From: the human T2T-CHM13v2.0 reference genome, Homo sapiens | DNA length: 64,000 nt | Assembly (NCBI RefSeq): GCF_009914755.1 | Contig: NC_060933.1 | Reading direction: 5' to 3' (one strand) | Part shown: positions 53,930 through 64,000 of the stretch, piece after piece | Layout: each line of letters begins with the position of its first letter | How positions within the stretch are numbered: position 1 is the first letter of the stretch | The notes under the pieces: model-generated | The model's database searches: none | What the model was told of the DNA's origin: nothing | The model's input: the letters and a program-made list of their open reading frames with translations, nothing else | Program-made: the position numbers and the translations under genes

Positions 53930-55140
53930 TCTCACTTGTTTATTCATTTATTCAATAAATATTTATTGAGGACTTAATATGTAGTTAGGTGATAAAGTTA
54001 CTTGCTTTCTGGTCTTAACGATCTTACAGGGTAATGGAAGTTATTGAAATTTAAACAGACAATTGCACAGCAGTGTGAAAAGTTTTATTATTGTAAAAAT
54101 GCAAAATGTAGTGAAGGACCTTACTAGATTTGGGCATGAGACTTAGCAGTGTGGGACAGTAGAAAAACTTTCTGGAAGAAACAGTGCCTAATAATGCCTA
54201 ATCTGAGCCCTGGAGAGCTAGCTGGGAGGGAGGGTTCAGAAGAATGAACAGCATGCTCTGTGGCCTGGCAGTGGAGAGAACTGTAAGGTCTAGGAACTGA
54301 AATTTCAGTAGAGCTGGAGCGTGAAGCATGAAGAGGGAGCTCTGAGTCTCAAGAAGTTCTAGGTTCTAGGAAGCCTCCCGTCTTTTGGAGCTGTGCTGTC
54401 TGTGTGGTGACTGCTGGCTGCTTACAGCTACCCTGCGCTTGGAATGTGTCAGTGTTACTGAAGAACTGAATTTCAAATTGTATTTAACTTTAAATTTGCT
54501 ATGTGTAAAATCTGAAGCAGCTACATTTAAAAACTGAAGCACTTTAGATACAACTATAGTTTTGGTAGGCCTACCTTTCACATGTAACCACCCTTAAACA
54601 TTTAGTATCCGAACTGAGATACGTTATAAGTGTAAATACACAGCAGATTTCAAAGACTTAGTATGAAAAAGGATGTAAAATATCTCACTGATTATTTTTA
54701 TATTGTCAATATGATATTTTAGATTTATAAGATTAAAGTAAAATGTATTACTAAAATCAATTTTGCCCTTTTCTTTAAAGTTTTAAAATGAGCCTCCTAG
54801 AAAAATTTTAAAAGATGCATAATGTGGAGTATGGTGGCTCACCATGTTGGCAGCAAGGTCAGTTTCAATAGTCAGGTGAAAAATGATTTTAGCATGAACC
54901 TAGGTTGGAGAGAAATGAATTGATACGAGGCAGGGTTGGTCAGGCTTGGTGAATACTCAGTCACGTTATGGAGCACGACAGAATAAAGCCAAGGTCCTGG
55001 CATAAACAGCTGGGTGATTGGTCCTGCAACGTGCAAGGCTCCTCAATACTGGGAGAGGCATAGGGTTTAGTGGGAGGAAGTATATATTGGACTTTCTTAA
55101 TTTGAGGTCCTTGTAGACCATCTGGGTGTGGCTCAGAAGA
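53930..55140 (-). mobile_element. Degenerate L2 interrupted by a MER3/MER33-type hAT MITE (~54380-54850)
   Basis: ttcatttattcaataaatatttattgag L2 end; actgaagaactgaattt and gatttcaaagacttagtatgaaaaa MER motifs. Confidence 0.6.
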
Positions 55141-58100
55141 GCGATATGCTAGGGGGTTAGAATCTTACTGCTCCTAGGTATGTAGTTGTTTAACAGAGTG
55201 CTCTTAGGTTAATAGTGACTGAAGGTATGTGATGTTCAGTTATTATTATCAGGGGACAGTGAACAACTGTCTTCTTCTAGGTGTCCATTTGGCCAGTGAT
55301 GATAATGTATCTATCACCCCATTCCCCTTTTGAAGTATAATAATCAAGTGAGACGACGTGAGTTCTTGAAGTCTCTTGTATATTCTCTCTTAGAATAAAG
55401 AGACTTAAATAAATTGAAAACAAACACAAGACCAGAAGGAAGTCCAGTGTTCTAGTGAAAGATAAATGTGTCCTACAGTCAATCAAAACATAATCTAACA
55501 CCGGGATTTTGTTGCCAAGATGTGTGGCCACCTATCAAAGGGAATTTGCATTAAGAACTACACAGAGTTTTGTCAAACCCATGAAAATGAATTTATTTCG
55601 GAATCCCTTTTAGTTTTAAATTGAAGTCTTCTTTTCACTAATAGTTTTCTGAAATGAAACTTCCTTAAAACAAAATTTTAAACTATGGACTTTTTTTTTC
55701 TGTTGGGAATATAAAATATATTCCATCTTTCTTTAATAATAAAATGTTTTACTTAAATAAATGGAAAAAGTAGTCAAATAAATTGACTACTTTTCATTAC
55801 AGGAATAGCGCTTAAGGTTAATTAAAACTTTCAAATTTTTTTTCCTAGAGCCATCTGTTGCTTATAATTGAATTTAGAAAGTCATCAGTTTTAAACATTT
55901 ATTTGCTTTGGACAAAGCAAAAAAGTATGGTCATGAAATATTTTTACTAAATAGCAGACATATTTCCGCAAAAAGAATCATGACATTCTGGCAAAGGTAT
56001 AATTTTAATAGACTAATGAGCTTTCTGACCAGAGCTGACTGAGCTTCATCTGATTTTTACAATGATGAATTGACCGTGTCAAAATTTGCAATGTAGTCCA
56101 GTGAAATATTTTACTATGAAAGTTTAATTCTCATTTTTTATTTATGAAAGCAGTGGTAGTGTCAGAGCAGCTTAGAATATGCTGGCCATTTGGTATGATT
56201 TATTTTAATAAGTGTCACTTGTTGATGCATTTAGTGATTGTTGACCCATATTTAATTCTAAAAACTCTAAATAGTGTGAAATGTAATAAGTCAGTGACTG
56301 TAGTTTGAAAAAGCAAAAGACAAAAAATTGTGATCCGCAGGTCTTTTCCTAGCTTTCACGATGTCACAGTTCTATATTTGACACCTGTTGCTTTGCGGAC
56401 AATGGAGGGGTAACAGCTTTAAAAAAAAAAAAAAACTGTAATTGAGATCCGCATAAAAATATTTCTGTCACAAAGCATATATTTGAAATATAATAAAATC
56501 ATCTTCATTACATCAGTTGGGGATTCCAGCTTGTCATCATTTTAATGGTTTTGAGAAAAATTATAGAATAAAGGTCACTTTTTTCTTTCATTCATTTATC
56601 AGTTTTTTATTTAATAAATACATACAGAGCTGATCATGGTGGCTTGCATTCAATGACAGGGGCATAAGATGGACAGGTCATCCCTCTCATGGGATTTACA
56701 TTCCAGAAGGATGTATGGTATCCCCCTCTCCACCCCGCAAAGGATTTAGATGAAGATTTTACAGAACTTTCAAGGATGTCATTTGTTCTTTTGGTAGTTT
56801 TGGAAGGCACAAGAGAAGGGCTAGAATAAAGCCCTTTTTCTCAGGTATTTCTTTACAGAGATATAATAAGCATTTCTGTTTCCTAATGTCAGGATATTTA
56901 CATAGTATAGATCATTTAAACAAATATACTCTTCCAAATAGCAATAGTGTATGTTTTTCAGATATGATGGAATTATTTTAAGATCATTTTAGAAATGACA
57001 ATAAACATGTTAAATCAAAATTTTAATTTTTATAGCGGTATTTGTTAACATAAAATTTTAAATTATTCAGAGCTCAGAGGAAAATGAAATATCTGTGAGT
57101 CATGAAACACTATGCATTGTAGTACTGCTCCAAATACTATGATGTCTTGGAGTTGTTTTTTGTAAATAATGCAGGGATTATATTGTTGTTACTTGTTTTA
57201 ATGTACACAGTAAAAGGCATAAACTGAGTAGTGCTGCAGATATTTGCTTTAAAGTTTCTCTAGGAAGAAGCCATCCAGAGATAATTATCTTTTGATATTA
57301 TCCTCTTCTTACGTTTCTCAAAGCAATTCATAAATATTTTTTGTATAAGAATATGAACATTACAGAGCTGTTTATTTGGCAGGTCAACTTAAAAACAAGA
57401 GGGAATCAGTGGCCCAGATATTTTTGGAAACAACAAGGAAATTTATATATTTCTCTAAGAATCCTATTTTTCATAATTAGAAAATGAAGGAACCAGCAAC
57501 ACAAAATCACTCCTTTTCCTGGCAGTCCTAGCACTGAATATATGTGCATTTTCAGGCTTCTCAATTTAGCTGGGCAATCACCATTTAATTTCAAAACTCC
57601 ATTTATCTTAGTGATAGCCTTTGAACTATTGACTCTCTTTTTCCTGTGTATGACAGTAGTATCACTTTTGTGCTTTTAGCCTCAGGCTGATATGGGGGAC
57701 CCCTTCTTCCTATAGCTGTGGTGCATAACATAACCACAACGTACGTTCTGCATAGATAAAGCACAACAGTTTTTGTAACTTCAGCTTGCTGTACATGTGG
57801 CGGGTGGCAGCCCACCTGCATTGGGGAAAGCAAACAAGCAAGCAAGATGTGTTTGTCCTTGATTACATTCTATTTCTCTGAGAAATGTTCCACTTAAATG
57901 ACAGACCAAGCTCAGAGTTTAGGTTATCAGCCTGAGACATACAAGGTGCAGGGCAACTCCAAAGGAGGTAAGGCTCAGTTGCACTGTTAACTGTGACTTG
58001 CTTATTTGAGGTTAGAATTCAAATATATAGATCATGTTAAGACTCTTGGTCTTTATTTTTATATTTTATTTTCAAAGGCCTGTTGTTTTAGTTACAAAAG

Positions 58101-58228
58101 TAACATGCTTATCTTCAAAATATTTTTAAAAACCGAAGTGTATAAAATCCAAAATGAAAGTCGTCTTTAGCTCCATGCCACTTCACAGAAGTGATCATTG
58201 TTAACATATTGGAGTAATGATTTTTGAC

Positions 58229-58519
<291 letters not shown>

Positions 58520-59108
58520 TGATTTTTGACTTTTTTCTATGGAGAAAATAACTTGGGAGGATGCAGCATTTTACCATGCTGTGTTAGATTTAGGAGTCTT
58601 TAAATAGCATACTATATTGGTCTGATATGCTGACACATATATGTGAATCTGTTTTATAAAAATAATCAACTTTTTCTTAAGGGTAGTTGTATTTTTCCTC
58701 CTTTGGTCTTACTATAAACCCACTAGCATCATGACATTTTACATACATTTGCTTATTTTCCGCACTTAGAAGTTTTCCAGGCTGCATTTCAAAGCTTTTA
58801 TGTATACAATTTGATCACCTCAATTTTACTAAAGGTAGTGCCAACGGTTTCTCAGGTGTACGATTTGCTGCAAAGTATGAAAATATGAATGTAATAATAA
58901 TGGTTGTAAGCTTTGGAGTCAGACAACCTGGGTTCACCTGTCAACTCTGCCACATGCTAATTATTTCAGAACGTGCCAGCTGCCTTGAAACTTTGTCCCT
59001 GATTTTCCTGACAGCTCCATGTTGTGTTCTTTTTCTTTGGCTACCTGGTTTTGGTTTCTTTGCTGGCTCCTTTTCTTCTGTCTATTTCATACATGTTTAT
59101 GATGCCCT

Positions 59109-59420
<312 letters not shown>

Positions 59421-59829
59421 TATGATGCCCTACTTTCTATCCGAACCTTTCTTCTCACTCTACATTCTCAGTGGAGCATTCGTAGAATCAAAATCACCAT
59501 AATAGTAGCTTTTAACATTGTTCTGAGTGGCAAGTAAGATTCAGCATAGAGTACTCCACCAGGGCCTGGCTGTATAAGTGCTCAATAAATATTCCTTCTT
59601 ATTGTTATTATGATGTATTACACTACTAATACCATTACAACAGTGAAATGATGTTAAAATAATGATGAATATGTAGTCTACATTTTAAAATAAATGATAT
59701 TAGGGTTGTTTTAAAGTTAACTTTTATCACGTGGAACACATTTTCTCATACATAGAATATTACGCATATTTAATTGCCAGGAAAGTTTATACATGTTTAT
59801 TTAACTTTTTAAACAAACTTTAAATTTTA

Positions 59830-59960
59830 GGCCAGGTGTGTGGGAGGATTGCTTGAGCCTAGGAGCTCTAGGTTACAGTGAGCCATGATTGCACCACTGC
59901 ACTCCACCCTAGGGTACAGAGCAAGACCCTGTTTCTAAAAGCAAAACAAAACAAAACAAA
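59830..59960 (+). mobile_element. Internally deleted Alu monomer (J/FRAM-like), sense
   Basis: TSD aaactttaaatttta (59815-59829, 59961-59975); (CAAAA)n tail. Confidence 0.85.
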
Positions 59961-60199
59961 AAACTTTAAATTTTAAAATAATTACAGATTCGTGGGAAGT
60001 TGTGACAGTTCTAAAGTTTTGTCTCTCAATTTCCTCTATTGGTTACTTCTTATGTAATTATAGTATAATATTAAAACCAGGAAAGTAACATTGATACAAC
60101 AGGTGTATATAGTTTTATGTAATTTTATCACATGGAAATGTGGCTGTCATTTTTTTCACAAGGAAATGTGACTCCCTAAATGGGTAAAGGGAAGGTAAA

Positions 60200-63100
60200 G
60201 TCAAAATAGTAGTAATGTATTGTGGTTTATAGGACATGTGAAAATAAAGTGTGTGACAATTACAATGTGAGACATGAGGTGGACTAATTGAGAATATATT
60301 AAGGTTCTCACACCAGATTTGAAGTGCTACAATATTATTTGAAGATAGATTGTAATTGGGTATTATAAAGTGTAGTGTGACTAAGAATATTTTTAAAAGA
60401 GAGGTACAGATTTAAGTCATTAGTGGAGATAAATGAAATAAAAATAAATTTAGCTAAATCAAAAGCAGGCAGAACAAGGGGAAAAGGGAACAACAAACAG
60501 ACTGACAAAATCAAACAAGTAGTTGTTACAGTTTGGAAACCTAGGTGACATGGACAAATTTCTTATAAGAAACAAAACATCAAAACTCACCCAACAAGAA
60601 ATAGCTAAATAAGAAATAGTGTTTTATTTATTAATGGAGTTGAATTTGTAAACAAAAATCTTTCTAGAATAAAACTGCAGGCCCAGATGCTGTCATTGGT
60701 GTATTGTAAATTTCAGTATTATGATGTAAAATGTTAAAGGAAGAAATTATAGCAGTTCTACCTAAACACTTTTAAAAAATTATTAGTGAAGGGAACACCT
60801 CCCAATTCATTGCATAGGGCCAGCATAACCCTGATACTCAACTCTTGCAAAGGGAAACTGTAGACCCATATTCATCATGAATATACATTTCAAAAAATCC
60901 CATCATAATAATTAACAAACTGAATCAGCAGTATATAAAAAACTTAATTGGGTTTATCCTGAGAACATAAGGCTTATTTAACTTTTTAAAATCAATCAAT
61001 GTAATCAGCTATATTAACAGACTAAAGAAAAGCCATATGATTAATATACTGGAGAAAAAAACATTTAACTGGATTTAACATTGATTCCCAATAAAAACTC
61101 ACAGCAGACTATCCACAGAAAGAACTTCCTCATTCTAATAAAGCATACTTACAAAAAAACCTACTGCGAACATTAGACATAATGGTGATACACTGAATTC
61201 TTTCCTGTGACTGTGAACAAGGTAATGAATTCAGTTCCCATCACTCCTATTCAACCTCATACTGAGTGCAGATCCTAGCTGGTGCTGTAAGGCAAGAAAA
61301 ATGAATTCAAATCATACTGATTGGAGGAGGACATGATTATTTCCATAAAGTCCCAAAGGTTTACAAAAAAAGCTAATAAAACCTACGAATGAGTGTGTCA
61401 AGTTTTCAGGGGTACAAGGTTAAAAAATTTCATTGTATTTATGTATGCTAGCAATGAAAAATTTGAAAGTTAATAAAAATCCGTTTCCATTAATGCCAAA
61501 ATAATGAAATGCGTAGATATAACATGAAAGCATATATGCAAAATCTGTATGTTGAAAACGATAAAACGCTAATAAAGGAAATCAAAGAATAGCTAAATAA
61601 GTAGAAAGTTACACCTGATTGGAAGACACATTGTTGTTAAAATATTAATTCTCCACCAAATTGATCATAGATTCAGTGTAATTCTAATGAAATTTCCAGC
61701 AGGATTTACTATAGAAAATGATAATCGAATTCTAAAATTTATGTGGAAAGGGAAAGCCAAAATAATTTGGAAAAGAACAACAAAATTGGATGAATCTCAC
61801 TACCTGATTTCAATGCTTATTATAAAGCTACAATTAGCAAGTTAATGTGGTGAAGGGATAGACATATGTAACAATAGAAAAGAATAGAAATTTCAGGACT
61901 AGACACATACACCTATGGTCATGTGTTTTTCAGTAAAAGTTCCAAGGCAATTAGTTTGTTATTTAAGTGATGTTGGAAAAATTTGGAAAATAAATACATA
62001 AAATTGAATCTTGATCCATACTCATTTTATGTACAAAAATGAACTGAAATTGGATCATAAACAAACATCAAACCAGAAACTATAAAACTTATAGAAGAAA
62101 ATCTTTGTGATCATGGGTTTTACGTCACAGAAGCCCTATGAGATTTCTTAGATAAATAGATCAAAATTTTGACCCATTAAAACAATTGAAAAATTGAGCC
62201 CCATAAAAATAATACACTTCTGCTCTTTGAAAAACACTTTTTGAGTCTACGGCCATACCACCCTGAACACACCTGATCTCATCTGAAAGACACTGTTTGA
62301 GAAGCCACAGACTGGGACAGAATATTTGCACAACACACACTTGATAAGGAACTTGTCTCCAGGATATATAAAGAACTCTTGACACTCAACAATAAAAGAA
62401 CCTTATAAAAAACTGCAAAATTTTATCTTACACTTCACTAGAGGACATACATAGACAGCACGTAAGTACATGACAAAATGCTTAATGTTATTATCTGTTA
62501 GGTAAAGCAAGTAGAACCACAGTGATATGTCACTACATATCAATGGAATAGTCAGTGTTAAGATAACTGACAGTGTCAAGTAGTGATGCTGACGTTTAGC
62601 AACTGGAATGCTTATAAATTGCTTGTGGTAATGCAAAATGGTATAGCCATCTTGGAAAACAGCCTGGCAGTTTCTTATAAAATTAAACTTACAATTTAGC
62701 ATACCATCCAGCAATCCCACTTCTAGGAATTTACTTAAGAGAAATGAAAATTTATGTTTACATATATCATAATCACCCAAAAAATGGAAGCAACTCAGTG
62801 TTTTTCAACTGGGGAATGAATTCTCAAAACATGGTACCTTCATACAATATAATGCTACTCAGCACTAAAAAGGAACAAACTAGAGATTTCATCAACCATG
62901 GATGAATCTCAGATTCATTACCCTAAGTGAAAGATGCCTGACTCAAAAGGCTCCGTACTGTTGAATTCAATTTATGTCACATTCTGTAAAAGCAAAACAC
63001 ACAAGGACAGAAAATGGATTAGTGCTGGGCCTTATGCATGGGTGGAGTCACTGACTACAAAGGGGCACAAAGAATTTTTGTGCTGATGGCACTGTGGTGT

Positions 63101-63215
63101 ATCTTGATTGTGGTGGAGGTACACAACTGTATTGTTTTGTGGAAACTTACAGAAGTATACACACTAAAGGATGAACTTTATGTTATTTACGTTGCACTTT
63201 GAAAATTAAATATAA
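60200..63215 (+). mobile_element. Ancient L1M (ME/MC-like) ORF2 and 3' UTR remnant, sense
   Basis: atggacaaatttctt, ggccagcataaccctgatac, cagcaatcccacttctagg, catggatgaatctca motifs. Confidence 0.8.
62245..62286 (+). pseudogene. 5S rRNA fragment (nt 1-42), tailless retropseudogene
   Basis: gtctacggccataccaccctgaacacacctgatctcatctga matches the human 5S 5' end at 38/42; TSD at 62229-62244 and 62285-62300. Confidence 0.92.
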
Positions 63216-63234
63216 AACCCTATATGTTTTTAAA

Positions 63235-63325
63235 GATTTCATTTACATTTGATGTACAATCATTGTACATACTTATGGGGTACAATGTGATCTTTTGATA
63301 CATGTATACATTGTGTAATCATCAA
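63235..63325 (-). mobile_element. Short L1MA 3' end fragment
   Basis: attgtacatacttatggggtacaatgtgatcttttgatacatgtatacattgtgtaat. Confidence 0.75.
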
Positions 63326-64000
63326 AACCACATTTTTAATGTTAGTAGATTGACTGTGGAAATGACTGATACTAATGATAGCTCAGTGATGTAGGGAGAA
63401 GGACAAAGTGGTGAAGAAAAGTAGTAGGAGAAGTAGTGAGAGGAAAGAATGTAGATGATCAGAGAAGGGGAAGTGTTTTGGGAGATGAGAGCTACAGTCC
63501 ATGACAGCAACATTCCACCCCATGCTCAGTGTTTACTCTCCTCTGGACGACATGGGACTCTCAGGGGTGGAATCTTCTTCTTAGAATGCTTTTGGCATAG
63601 ATCTACCTCCATTTAGAATGTTCCGATCTAACATAGCTATTTCTGTAGCTAAAATCCTACTGCCAGAATCATTAATTAGATATTACAGTTTCTATTGCTT
63701 TTTCATTGTGATAATTTTCTCATTGCAGATTAAATGAGATATATGCGATGTTAGCACAATGGTTGGCACTGAGTAAGTTTCAGTAATTTACTCATGAAGT
63801 AATTATGACAACTCTTATTTTATATGTTATATAGATAATAGTTGAAGAGCTGTGTAAATCCTGGACTCCTGACCCAACTCCCATGTTCTCTCCCACTAAG
63901 CTATACTCACCTTTGTGGTGGTAGCTTCCTGATATTCTCAGAGGCTGAAAACAAACATGGAGATGCAGAAATTAATTGTTTCCAGTATTTTCCAAGAAAA

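Noticed and set aside
55990-56420. Repeat-poor stretch that looks like a conserved non-coding element
   Set aside because: Impression only; no ORF, structure or decisive motif can be shown without an alignment

Overview
Primate genomic DNA, almost certainly human (it carries an AluYa5-lineage element), lying entirely inside the histone H3K9/H3K36 demethylase gene KDM4C (JMJD2C/GASC1) on the + strand. Five GT-AG coding exons (1738-1919, 3828-4041, 5897-5973, 37242-37297, 39472-39580; recalled as exons ~13-17) splice in frame and encode the PHD1 / zinc-knuckle part of the PZP module. The rest is intron: a near full-length antisense old L1 with nested insertions, other L1/L2/MIR remnants, about 18 Alus, Tigger/Charlie DNA transposon fossils and microsatellites. 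I see no evidence of a wholly new gene or system. The most notable observations are a very young AluYa inserted at exactly the same nick site as an ancient AluJ, a tailless 5S rRNA retropseudogene, a probable short L1 3' transduction, a double fold-back hairpin, a palindromic pure-AT 23-bp array, and candidate cryptic or recursive splice signals. Repeat subfamily names and most repeat boundaries are by-eye estimates.
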